A stretch of 61,545 bases of DNA, the filler included, from Rhabdomonas costata (taxonomy: Eukaryota): NCBI GenBank assembly GCA_019059605.1. It is 21 parts of 21 records of this genome, joined end to end, with 100 filler letters (N's around TTAATTAATTAA, not from the genome) between each part and the next. Parts side by side here need not be neighbours in the genome. Positions count along the whole stretch, not along the records: positions 49,917 to 52,747 come from JAHMHO010001947.1; positions 52,848 to 55,678 come from JAHMHO010001948.1; positions 55,779 to 58,609 come from JAHMHO010001949.1; positions 58,710 to 61,545 come from JAHMHO010001950.1; 17 more parts are not named here. One strand, 5' to 3'. Under the pieces are notes generated by a model. The model was not told where the DNA came from. It ran no database searches and saw only the letters and a list, made by a program, of their open reading frames with translations. The position numbers were made by a program, and so were the translations under genes. Of this stretch, positions 49,817 through 61,545 are shown piece by piece; positions within the stretch are counted from its first letter, which is position 1; every line of letters starts with the position of its first letter.

Positions 49817-52800
49817 NNNNNNNNNNNNNNNNNNNNNNNNNNNNNNNNNNNNNNNNNNNNTTAATTAATTAANNNNNNNNNNNNNNNNNNNNNNNNNNNN
49901 NNNNNNNNNNNNNNNNTGTGTGTGGTGTTTTTGCGACCCCACATTGGTCTCACCCACCCCCTTGTGGAGACGGAGAAGGAGCATACTGCGGAGGGCCAAG
50001 CATCGGTGCAGCAGCAGGCCCGGCTGGAACCCTGAGGACGATGAGGAGAAGGGGCTTCCGGCAGTGCCTTCTAGAACAAGCCACCGATTTGAAAAATCAT
50101 CCGAGCTATGAGGCTCAGAATGGTATGGTAAACTGGGCGTTTATGAGAGGGCTGGAATGAGAACTCCTCCTGCTGACATTCCAGCAACATCATTCTCACA
50201 TCCGCTCTCACGTCAACCGGGAAGTCCGAACCGCACCGCGGTGGTAAATAAAGCAAACGAAGGGGCGGGCGTGTACTGCACAGCACAGCACACTCCCCAT
50301 ACATCATGGCATTGCAGGGAACAAGTGGTTGCTGTGGCATGGGCTGCTGGTAAGGCGATGGCATCATCCTGAATGAAGACACCCACGAAAAGAGCGTAAG
50401 CTTGACACAGGGTTCCAGAATGGTTTTCCGAAGTGCGGAGGCAAAAATGAAGAAGCGAAAGGGGAAATGTGTGCTCAAGGTGGCATGAAAGAGAAAAAGA
50501 AGATAGAAGTGGTGGGATGTAAGAAGACTGAGGTGGTGATGGCATTTAGCAAGAAAACCGGGGGGGGGGGCAACTGAACAAAAAGCGCGCTGATTGTCAG
50601 CTGCATCGAAAAGTGTTGAACATTGCAGCTGAGATTCCTCCACCCGAGTTAAGCTCTGGCTGCCAGGGAAATCAACATCCATGACAACTCCCGTCACGGG
50701 CACATACGGAGGAGGAGGGCCATATTGAGGTCCAGGAGAGGCCATGGCAGGCATAGCTTGCGGAGGCCTGCACAAAAAGCCACAAAAAGAAGAGGCACGC
50801 AACAAAAAGGGGGAAGGCGGCTAACTAAACAGTGCCCCAGATGTATATCTTTGATTAACACCTCAAAATTACTGCTGACATAGGATCAATCCATTGCATC
50901 GATTTGGGGGGACACCAATCGTTTTGAGGCCAGAACCGCGGAACCAGTCCGAGGCGCGGTTAAAGCGGGTGGCTTAGGTGACAACGTCGCTTACTCACTT
51001 TTTGCGCGGTGTGGTTTGAAATTTGTTTCCAATGCTGACCGTCATCCCCTCCCCTAACTTCACCACCCACGAGCAAACTAGCGATCCAGAGTTCCATACT
51101 CATCAACATCTGCCGGACACCATCCCAGAAGATCAAAAAAATGCTTACGCGCTTGCGTTCATTAAAAGGAATCGTCCGGGAGAAGGAGACCACACCAGGG
51201 CGTGCTTGAGTAATAGTTGGGGTTTCCAGGCACCATCATTGAAAAATGAACGAGGGTGACAGAGCGAGGGACACAAGTTTGAACACTATACAAAAAGTTC
51301 CGCTGCAAGGAGAAAAGTAGCGTCCAAAAACCCGGCACGAAATATCCTTCCTGGGCATCAAAGGCAAGACATGCCCTCATTTCATCACACTCCCCAGCTT
51401 TCAAAAGAAAAGATGCGCGCAGGAGTCGAAGCCATCTCCGTGGCAGAATTCATTGGTCTCCAGCAAAGAGCGTGGATTCCGTCCCTTCCGTTCCACCCTC
51501 TCCACTTCCTTTTCCTGAGTTCCAACGGTGAGCTCCGTTCGTCTCACATTAACAAGCATCAAAAGGCAAGATAATTCTGCTCGCAACGTTGGAACACTTC
51601 CCTTCGTGGGCATCTGTTCCAAACTTCCTGTTGCAATAAAGGGAAGAAATGTTCATGGCCGACTGTCACTGTCTCTATGAATTCTCTTGCCCCTGTCTTC
51701 CACAATGTAATATTTCCTCTGTTCACAACGTACAACCGTACGGATGGCATACAATTGCTAAATGCTAGGGCTCAAAATGTCAGCGTTGGCTGGGTTGTTT
51801 GCATTTAGAATTGACAATTTGAGGGTGATGATTTAACTATTTCCCCAAACTGTTTGGAGCATCCACACTTGGAGGAAAAACTGGGTTTCGAACAACACAT
51901 GGGGAATTTGAAACATAAACCAACCGCTGATGATGCCTCCCCTACGTATTCCTTGATGGACCAGGTGCTGGTTTCATGTTTCAGAGCTCGTTTTTTTGTT
52001 TTTCTCGGACCCGCGTCTTGGCGCGTGCGACTGCCTACCTTCTACCTGCTTTCGGTTGGACTGCCGGACTTTGTGACAATGGGCCTTAACTCGAGTGGTC
52101 AATGCAGAGGTCGTGTTTTGTTCCGCCAAAGGCTCATTTCAATGCCCACTCCGAAACGCGGAAAAGAGCGAAGCAACCTTGGAATATCAGAGGATGTCAA
52201 GCAGTCAAGCCGCCACAGCAACCCCTGGGGTGTGCCCTTGACCAAACGCACGGGAGATCACAATGAAGAAGCTAAGGAATGCAGGGAAGGAGGAGGAACA
52301 GTTGAAGAATAAGCCGAAGTGAGAAGGCGCAAAATTTCTGATCACAGAGCTTGCACGCCCCCGTTGTGAGCGGGAGAGGACCCACTCACGCCTCGCCATT
52401 CCGCTCGTCTTGTCGTACGCAGAGGAGCCCTCTGAAAAACCAGCTCCTCCAAAGTCACGAAGACAAAAAGAGAGGGGTACCACCGATTGCCACCATTGCA
52501 CCCCGAAGCATGCCTTGCTCTCTCCGCACAGACCAGTGGGGAGACCCCCTGTATGGCGAAAATCTCTTTCCTCTCCCGTCCCCAACTCCACCACTCTCAC
52601 ATGCGAGCAATCCCCCCTTGTGGTGCCTTGGGAAGCAGGGGATCGTTGAACCCCAGCCTCCTTCCCCCCTGTCACCCAAGTGTCGGTCGAAGACCTGCGC
52701 TTCTCTTCTTTCCCCTGAAATAGAAAAGAGTGCTCAGAAAACAACACNNNNNNNNNNNNNNNNNNNNNNNNNNNNNNNNNNNNNNNNNNNNTTAATTAAT

Positions 52801-54292
52801 TAANNNNNNNNNNNNNNNNNNNNNNNNNNNNNNNNNNNNNNNNNNNNGGTTTTTTTTGGGGAACAATTGGATTCGCCGCGAGGTCCGGCGGGAGAAGAGA
52901 AAGCATACATACACCGACCAATGGTGACGAATCAAATATAATGTAAACATGCGAATTTTTCCGCATAGTCACTCCACTTCGCTTTGTGCCCCGGGAGCGT
53001 GAATAGCGTCAACAACGGTGCCAATGTGTATATGCATGATGTGGTGCCGTGCACCGCGTTTTGAGGCGCAATGAAATGGAGCAAATTGAGGATCGGAAGC
53101 ACAGAAAATGCAGTCAATGCAGTCATCTCCGAACTGATTTGGCAAGCCAGGCGTTCCCAATCGCCAACTGCCGCAAAAACCGCAGAAAAAGCACAACGGT
53201 ACCAGCACCCAGCACACTTGCGCAGCAGAGTGCACAGGACATTGCCCCAACCAATGTTCCGGAGTTGAAGCGTGGACGCCCCAGATGTGCGCGCACGCTC
53301 CCAAATCATACCCAATCAGGAAGAAATAGTCTACAGCCCCCACCCTCCACAGTACCCGATCCGACTGTGATTCCGATAGCACTTCGAGGCATCCTGAGGG
53401 ATAACACGCTGCAGGTGTGCCTGGCAGCACCTCGCCCTACTTTTGTGGCAAAGAAGTGTTCCGGTGTCCAAACCTCATTGCCGGGGGCCTAGACAGCAAA
53501 AACCGCCCGCCGTACCTGCGCAAAATCCAAAAACGCAGCAAACTCGACGGCAATGGTTGGACTCAGCAGCTTTAGGTGCGCGACTACAAAGCAGCTCTGG
53601 GCATAAATTCGATACCATCCAAAGCACAACTGAGGCAAACGTCCACGGTGTAAGTCCGGCGCAGACAACACCCGCACAGGAAGAACGAGAGTACCCCAGT
53701 AGCGCAATTGTTGGGGAGGCATAATGGGGAGGCATACATCAGACGACTAAGGGCTTCTGATCTCAATCAGGCATCAGTAGCGTCCGGCATTATCAATGCT
53801 GCAAGGGACTGTGCACTTCCTGCCCATCGGTGTGGCGTAATTCGGCAGAAAACTTGAGGGGCTAAGGGGGAATACTAACAAGCTTAGTCGCGCGTAATCA
53901 CCCCCCCCCCCGGGCAACTTCTCAGCTCAGCCCTCCGGCGCGGCAGTGGTCCCGTCAAAGCAAAGCAGCAGCAACACAAATCATCATCATCGTCACCCAG
54001 ATTTGCGATTATGCGATATACTTGCAATCAGTGTTTTCGTTATGGACCCAAAGCGCAAACATGTGCATATAAATTAGATGCGACACAACAGAGCTGGTGA
54101 GGTGACGAAGAAAGTAAAAGAGGGGAACCACAACGAAAACGCAAAGGAAGAAAAAGAAACTACCCCGAAGGAGCCATAAATCACCCACAACTCGTACACA
54201 AGCTGGGCGCACAGGTTTTAGTCACTTCAAAGGAACAAGCATGGACACCCAGACACAGGCAAGTGATCTCATCACAAATGCACACACGAACC

Positions 54293-55531
54293 ACTTCCGG
54301 TACTGCTGGATGTGCGCTGTGGTCCTGGCCAGAGCCTCGGAGTAGGAGTACAGTGGGCGGTACCCCAGCTCCTTAGTCGCGCGGCCCGTGTGGAACCAGA
54401 AGTTGAAGGACACCACCTGACAGGACACCCGGTTGAAGCTGCAGTGGATGCTCACCAGGGGCTTCAGCAGCCACAACAGCACTTCCGTGAATAAGGCGGA
54501 CCACCAACCTGTGGTACAACAATTCAGCGAGACGCTGCCTTTCAGTGGTAACTAATGCTGTTGACTCAACCTGTGGTTGAGTGGGTGAATCAACGTCCTG
54601 AAGCGGCTTGCCGAACTCTTCGACGGCCCTCATGCCGCCCTGCTGGCGCTGCGGGGTTTGCTCTTATCTGACAGCATGTGTCATGCAAAGGGAGGAGTGG
54701 TGGAAGGCAGGAATGCATTCCCCATAAAAGCAAATGCAAACACTGGCAATTTAGTGGAAAGCAGCGGAGTCGCGGAATGATGGAAGGAAAGAAGGAAGGC
54801 GAACGCAGCTGCCGAGCAAAAACCAATCCAGACGCGTCAACCTAGTGCGTAGGGGAGCCACCAGGTCATCATGCTACACCCCGCGGCGGCCAACAAGGGT
54901 TCAAAGGTGTCGGAGTAGTTCCGCACTGGAGTGTCGTCGCCAGGGATGTAGATCCGACCCCCGATCCTGGGGCCGGCGCCCTGCAACAGGAGCTGGTCTG
55001 CGGTGACAATGTGGGCCCAGGCCACGTTGCGGACGTACCCGCTCTGGCTCAGCGCTTTGCGGTTCCCAAAGCGAGGAACAACCCCCATCATTGCGGAGCC
55101 GATAAGATTGGGAAGCTGCACACATGCAATGCAGCGACACGGTCACTCCACCACCACATCACTTGAAGATCTCCGCAATTTGATCTTGGTTGAAAGCATG
55201 AGCAAAGAGCAGAGAGAGCGACCAAACAGTAATGAATTGCCTGGGGCAGCAGTTGCGAACGCAAGCTAGAAAAAGTCAGCTTTGGTTCAGAAAGTTAGGT
55301 CACTTGACGACACTTACCTGCCACGGGTCATTCTCACCGTACATGGCAAGAGCGCGCAGCACCACAGTGGTGAGCCCGCCCACGCCATTCGCGGCCAGCA
55401 CGCTCTGCTCGGCGACGGCCTTGGTTTGGGCGTATGTGCCGTACAGGAAGGGCTTTCCCAGGGCGAAGGGGTAGGGATCGGTCTCCGACCCACCGGTCGT
55501 CCCTTCAATGGGGACCGCCACGGAAAGCGTG
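54293..55531 (-). CDS. 3-beta-hydroxysteroid dehydrogenase / extended SDR (NSDHL/SDR42E-like), partial; exons 55531-55318, 55115-54842, 54508-~54293
   Basis: YAQTKAVAEQSVLAANG (YxxxK), LRALAMYGEND, YVRNVAWAH, GDDTP and AxKELGYRP motifs; GT-AG junctions are phase-consistent. Confidence 0.9.
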
Positions 55532-56601
55532 CTGCAATAAGAAAAAAAAAGAGACTCACCACACACGGCTTCCAAGGAAGCAATCCGAAGATGAAAGCAC
55601 ATTCTGTCATCAAGTACAGGGAATAATATACTGCATACTCCGAATCAAAGGCAACGCACCTTCCGAGAACCAACCCACNNNNNNNNNNNNNNNNNNNNNN
55701 NNNNNNNNNNNNNNNNNNNNNNTTAATTAATTAANNNNNNNNNNNNNNNNNNNNNNNNNNNNNNNNNNNNNNNNNNNNCAAACTGGGAGGAGGTGAGGAC
55801 GTACAGGGCCTGCGCCGCGGTGGAGCCCACCGGCACCACCACATTGGCCGTGCAGGAGAGCCCAAAACGGGCCTGACCCAAAAGGCCAAGACAGCAGAAA
55901 TAACGAAAGAGCTATAACCGGAGAGAAAGAGACTAAAACAGTTGCAAGGTGCAAGCCGTAACCTCCTCCCCCGCCTTCAATGTGACCGAGTTCAAGAAAG
56001 CGCCACACGAAAGCCGAAAGGACTGAACAAAAGTGCAGAGCATGATTTCAAGATTTCAAGCACAGGCTCATACAGACAGAGACAGAGCCTGTATCAGTCC
56101 CAGCGCAGAAGGAGCACCCACACCGATCTCCCCATGAATTCCAAATGCCACAAGGTCACAAGGGAACAGGTTCCGGAAAGTTGAAGCACCACCAAAACAC
56201 TTTATACATAGAGTAGTGGCAAATGCTGTGTAAAGGAGGCGGTTCAATGATCACTTCTACCCTCAAGAGGAGAGCACAGCATAGTTACATACCACACATA
56301 TACACGGGGGTCCAGTCTCTCCGTTGCGTGCTTCTAAGTAAACCGTGTAACGTCCAAAAAGGGCATACCCATGCACAAAGGTACAGTGATGTGGTCGATG
56401 AAATGGGAAGTATTGGTTGGGTGTTTGTCATTCAGCATTTTCTCTCAGCTTTCAGCGACAGCAATCATACTGAACATGCTGAAAAAGCCTGAAGTTGAAG
56501 CCTCTCGACGATAGGTGGAGCTGCACCTCTGACAGATCCTATTGGATTCCTAATCCCAAGCTTCACCAACCACCCGCACACAGCCACTGCCCACGCACAC
56601 C

Positions 56602-56836
56602 AGGTTCTCATTCGCCTTCGGCTTAGCCGCGGCAAACGGCACCAGACACACCACCTGGGGGTCCACACCGCTCGCCCTCGTGGCCGTACCGGGGAACTCC
56701 GTGAAGGTCTCCTCGAAGTGCAGCACAAACGGGGATTCCGCCGCAAACCTCCGGAAGTCGTACAGCGCAGTGGCGGGGAAGGTCTCGCGGCCCTTGCGGC
56801 GGGCAAACGGGGGTACCACAAGGGACCGCCCGCTGC
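56602..56836 (-). CDS. Possible O-fucosyltransferase-like (GT-B, O-FucT) exon
   Basis: GRSLVVPPF...FPATALYDF resembles the O-FucT RTLVLPP...F-xx-F/YD signature; GC3-rich codons; flanked by AG and GT. Confidence 0.4.
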
Positions 56837-58709
56837 GGTGGGCAAGGTGGATGGGAGGGGGTGTGGGCGAGTGCCCTCCCATAACAAGAGGTGCGTCATT
56901 TGTGGACCGATGGAAACCTAGCCTTTGCTTAACCCTCCACCATAACTCGAACCCTACACTAACGTTAACCGGAACTCCGGCACCAAAGACAACCCAAAAC
57001 CAAACAAAACCACAACCGCTGCATGGAAACGCATTGACCTCAACGACAAAATTCTGAACAATACGTAGAATTGCCCCTGCCTCAACCGACAGTCGGCTCC
57101 AACTACATCTTCTTTGCAGGGGTTAACTCCAGTTCTTTTTTCATAGGTTTCTTCTTTTTCATAGATTTTTGGGAACCCCCCCCCCCTGTTTATTTTCGCC
57201 GTTCTCCCTCGATCCCTCCCGCAAACCACGGACGTCGGTAACGAGGTGACACGGGGGCTTCTGTGGAGATTTTGGGGACGAGCCCGAAGCAATGATGTAG
57301 TATGGTTCTCTTCTGCATGGCAAGGGAAAGTGAAACAGTTTCCGTACTCTCGCTTTCCTTCAGCGCAGTAAGTGAAAACATATCCCCAAAATGAAAACTT
57401 TTTTCGAGGAACCGATGGAGAAGAAGGCCTCAGCAAATTGCGGGAGACATAGCACCAGGTGCAGTTGTTCGATGGCATACAGTTTTCCACGACAAGGAAA
57501 GGAAAGAGGGGGCAGCGTCATCGCACCACCAGCCCATCGCCGTTTAGTCTCATACTGGGTTGAGTTCCTGAGTCCATTCCGAAACGTAAACCGGCATACT
57601 CGAGAGAGATGTCACCGCCCTGTTCCCTCTCTCTATCTGCAGGCCGATGTGGAGCCCTGGAAGGCGCTCATCCAGGTGTGTTCCCTCCTCTCTCAGACCT
57701 GGAGGGGGAAGCACTCCCCCTTCCCATCCCCCATATGCAGCATTGCCATATATATGGTCATTCCTCCAGGATTTTTTAACCCTGTGTAGTGGAAAGCTGA
57801 AGCTTGCCGAATTCGGCTGAAATGGATTGAATGAAAACGATGAGGCTGTTGTATGGGGGGGGGTCCATACAATTGTTGAACGGTTCCCTTCCCCCAATAA
57901 AAACATGAGTGTCCCAAATCGATTAAAATGATATGCACAGAGCAAGGGGGGGCTTTGGCTTAAATGCTCCGTGCTAATGGGAAGGAACCGGAAACCCGGT
58001 ACTACCAGTAAGTCGGAAGGGGTCCGAACGTGTTTCGTTTTCCGGTTGTATTTTGTGTGCGGGTGGGGGTGGGGTCTCAGCCCATGTCCCCGCCGGCGCC
58101 GCAGCCGCTGTCGCAGCTTCCCATGGACCCCCGGTCCCGTTCCCCAGCAAGGAGCCCCGCTCCCAGCGTGCGCACGGCTGATCCCACCGGAGCAGTGGAC
58201 GGCATGCCCCCATCTCCCTCGTCACAATCGCTCTCCCACATATGTTGTTGTTGGTGATGCAGTCAGGCAGGCTTTGGGATCATAATTCCCGCCTGAAGAT
58301 GAGGAAGGCAGACCCCGTGGACACCCCGTGGACACGTGAGCATTCGCAGACGCACACATACACCAGCCAAATGTCGCGTCATGCTCCACGCCCTGCTCCT
58401 GTCATCTGCTCTTTCGGTTTTTCCACGGCTACGTTCACAGTTTCCCACTGACTCGGATTTTTCGCGTTTTGTGTCAATTTTTCAATCTCCGGAATGCCAA
58501 AAAAAAGATACGGTTTTTACAAAAAAATTTATGAATGTACACGAATTTTTACAGACCAAATTTAGGGGCATTTTAGGGCATTGTGTGGAGATCCCTGCTC
58601 ACACCACCCNNNNNNNNNNNNNNNNNNNNNNNNNNNNNNNNNNNNNNNNNNNNTTAATTAATTAANNNNNNNNNNNNNNNNNNNNNNNNNNNNNNNNNNN
58701 NNNNNNNNN

Positions 58710-61254
58710 GGGGGTGGGGCAGCCACGTCGGCGGGAAAGCGTATGCCCCACTGGAATCCTTGGTCCAGTTGTATCTGCCCCATGGGGGATTGGACCAGGT
58801 GGTGCTCGGCCCGGGTAGCGAGGAAAATGGGGCGATTCCAAAAACGTAGTTAAGGGCTTGATAGAAGCCGGACTTCGTGCCATTGTCCGTGGAAATTGCG
58901 GTGGCCTCCTGCACAAGGTAGCCCAGAAGGACGCCAGTAACCGGGGAGGCGTACCCCCAGATCGTCGGGGTGTTGGTCCCTGGCGTCGAGGGCTGCACAA
59001 TGGCACTGAGCTTATCCCAGGCGTGGGGAACGACGTCCTGGCCGTTGGCCGTGTCGGTGTTCCAGGTGACCTTCCACCCGGCCAGCCACGCGCCGTAGCA
59101 TGCCAGGGCTGGAATGGCAGGATAATACTGCTTGAACCACGCCGAGAACGCCCCGTTTCCTGGAGAGGCGCCCGCCGTGGGCAGCACACGGACGCTGGCC
59201 CATGCGCTCCCTGCTCCGTAGGGATACAGCACGGCGGCCAGAGTAGGCGACAACGCTCCCGCCAGACTGTGGCCGCTGAAGATCAGGTTGCTCTTCGCGC
59301 TCTGGCAGCGATTCAAGAACGTCGCGATGTTCACCGCACCTTTTTGGTTTTGGATTTTGGGCATAATCAGATCAAAGTTGCCGTGTGCAGGAACGACTAA
59401 AGCACTCCAAAGTCAAGGGCTGAGGGACAGGACCTGGCAAGGCAGCCATATTCACACGCATCATTGTTCCAAATGATCATTGAGCAGCCTCTATCCCGAA
59501 GGAAAACCGACTGCAAGCCAGAAGGTGCCAACACCCAAGAACTGCAGCATCCTCACCGCGGTATCTCTCCGCCCGCACTCCCAACCAACCCAACCCCAGA
59601 CACTATCAGCACTGAATCCGCTGCAAACCCACACTCTCCCAAAAAGCAACAAAGCAAAAAGGCGCTCGGCAACCAAAATGGAGCCCCGGCCGTCGCGGAA
59701 AGTCAGCCACCCACCACCCGGCAAACATTTCAAACTCACATCTGACACAAAACACCTCACTCTGTGCGGGAAAAGGAGCCACGTACCTGTGGTGCGTGCT
59801 CCCCCAGGCAGCGTGCCCACGGATGCCATATTGGTGACAAGATTGCGGATCCCCAAGGCAGTCGCCGCAGAAATTGCCGCCGAGGGGTTTATGGTGGGGC
59901 CCGTGGGCTGCGGGTTGGCTGGCGCACTGATCGTGCCGCGCATCTCCGCAGACAAGTTGGCGTACGAGACAGCCAGCGTGGGGGAANGGTCGCCGCAGAA
60001 ATTGCCGCCGAGGGGTTTATGGTGGGGCCCGTGGGCTGCGGGTTGGCTGGCGCACTGATCGTGCCGCGCATCTCCGCAGACAAGTTGGCGTACGAGACAG
60101 CCAGCGTGGGGGAAACCTGACGGAAAGGTGACCAACAAGAAGGAAGATAAGTTACGCAGCCTCCAGCTGTACTCCCACAAATTTTCAAAATGTATCAGTT
60201 GCAGATCAGAAAGCGACAAATTGCATCTGTGATCAATGCCACAAAAAACCGCACAAGCCCACCACAGAGTACGTACATTGACATCCTCGTAGACCCAGTC
60301 GAAGATGCTCATCGGATTGGTGCCGGCCATGGCGACGACGTAAGTGTTCTGGCTCGCGCTGTATGCCACGTACATCGCGTTGGTGGCATACCCCGGCGCT
60401 GGCGTGTTGAGATACACAGACGGGCCCCACACCACTTCCCACGGAGCACCCCAGAGGATCGCGTTGACAGGTGCCGCACCCGTGTTCAACAGCGGGAAGA
60501 ACCCGGGGTAAGAGAAGCCGGCTGGATTCTTGCCGCCGTTCAGATAGACCTCCAAGTACTCAGTGAGCTCGGACTGGCTTGCCGTAATATCGGATGCCGC
60601 ATTGGCAGCAAAATTCATGAGATACACGCTCTGAACATCGCAGTACTGAATGCCCGCCTGTGTGGTTTGACCATGATAGGGAAAGCACAAAAAGCCGAAA
60701 GCAAACAACCATAGCAACACAGTCCCTTCACAGAATTTCGAAGTTAACATGCATCTTACAAAAAGACATTTCCATAAAACCAAGTGGAAGGTGAGTTGCT
60801 TAAACCTTGAAAAATGCGACCTTGGGAGGGTGCCGCGGAAGGTAAAAGGTGCTATGAAGGAAACCTTGGAGGGCTTCACAGAAATTTGTTTGGTGGCGGC
60901 GCGCAGCGACGGCTTGGACTGCCCCGCGCCGCGGTACCGAAGAACCAGCGTAGTGCTGCCTTCTCGGCAGTTGCCCCTGAACCATAGCTCAACCTCATGG
61001 CAGCCTTGGCCATCCTCCCGGGCGCCGGGGTGGGTGCACGACTTTTTCTTCATCTGGATAACGCTGCGGTTGAAATGGGCTTCCCAGCTCAACCCCGTGA
61101 AAGGCTTCGCTGGCAAAACAACCCGAAGCTCATCTTGTTCACCAAGGCTCACAGGAGCCAATCCCACAGTGTAGTCGCGGTGATGAACAAGAGCTTCACA
61201 GCACAGAGACGTCGCCCATATCAAAAGCACGAAGCTCACCGCACTCATTTTCAT
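58710..61254 (-). CDS. Secreted class-3 lipase with an N-terminal chagasin/I42-like domain, 3'-truncated; exons 61254-60865, 60657-60277, 60116-59787 (contains an artefactual duplication), 59396-58710
   Basis: Signal peptide MKMSAVSFVLLIWATSLCCEA. Lipase_3 motifs YVVAMAGT...DW, FSGHSLAGALS (GxSxG), AGASPGN and DVVPH. Confidence 0.85.
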
Positions 61255-61545
61255 CACAGTTGTTTCAGCGAGATAGACCGAGTGCAAACTGGTGCAACCT
61301 GCGTCAGAGGTAGCAGAGCAAAATACAAGAAGAGATATTTCCACCGCGGGCGATTACACATCGGAGCGGAAACCGGTCTGCGTGTCAAATCCAGGATTGC
61401 AACTCCCTACCGCGCGCTACCGCCCCCCTTCCTTATCCCACTTTTATCATCACATACACATACTTTTGGAGGTGCGCACAAAGATGGCGAAGAATCACTA
61501 GGTATATCACAAAAGGGACAGACACAGCAGCTCGGCAACACACAC

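Noticed and set aside
53230-53320. CAH...TPEHWLGQCP resembling a non-LTR retrotransposon zinc knuckle
   Set aside because: The motif is incomplete and no RT or endonuclease motifs are nearby.
59861-60114. ~126-bp tandem duplication in the lipase exon
   Set aside because: The two copies are identical and separated by a single N with a frame break, typical of an unmerged scaffold overlap.
59491-61344. 617-aa ORF as a single-exon protein
   Set aside because: It reads through stop-free introns and the artefactual duplication; the spliced model explains the motifs better.

Overview
This window is not one locus. It is 21 unrelated ~2.83-kb contigs joined by 100-nt N/TTAATTAATTAA/N linkers. Most contigs begin with G/T-only bases and end with A/C-only bases, and several begin with fold-back inversions, consistent with a whole-genome-amplified (single-cell or low-input) library. 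The main organism is an intron-rich eukaryote. A long, divergent partial 18S rRNA (47829-49816) carries euglenid signatures. Recognisable spliced gene fragments: IFT172, CIA1/CIAO1, a P2C-type (Na+/K+-like) P-type ATPase, a 3-beta-HSD/SDR, an M50 site-2 protease, a cytochrome b5 + b5-reductase fusion, an SFI1-like protein, a sushi+kelch protein, an F5/8-like domain protein, a UHM-type RRM, and a secreted chagasin-like/class-3 lipase fusion. There is also a decayed DIRS-type RNase H and a large Cys-rich ORF of unknown function. The most interesting signals are a GC-AG IFT172 intron whose two ends base-pair and which has a G-run instead of a pyrimidine tract, the very relaxed 5' splice sites overall, and several unusual domain fusions. 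All calls come from manual translation and motif recognition; no database searches were run.
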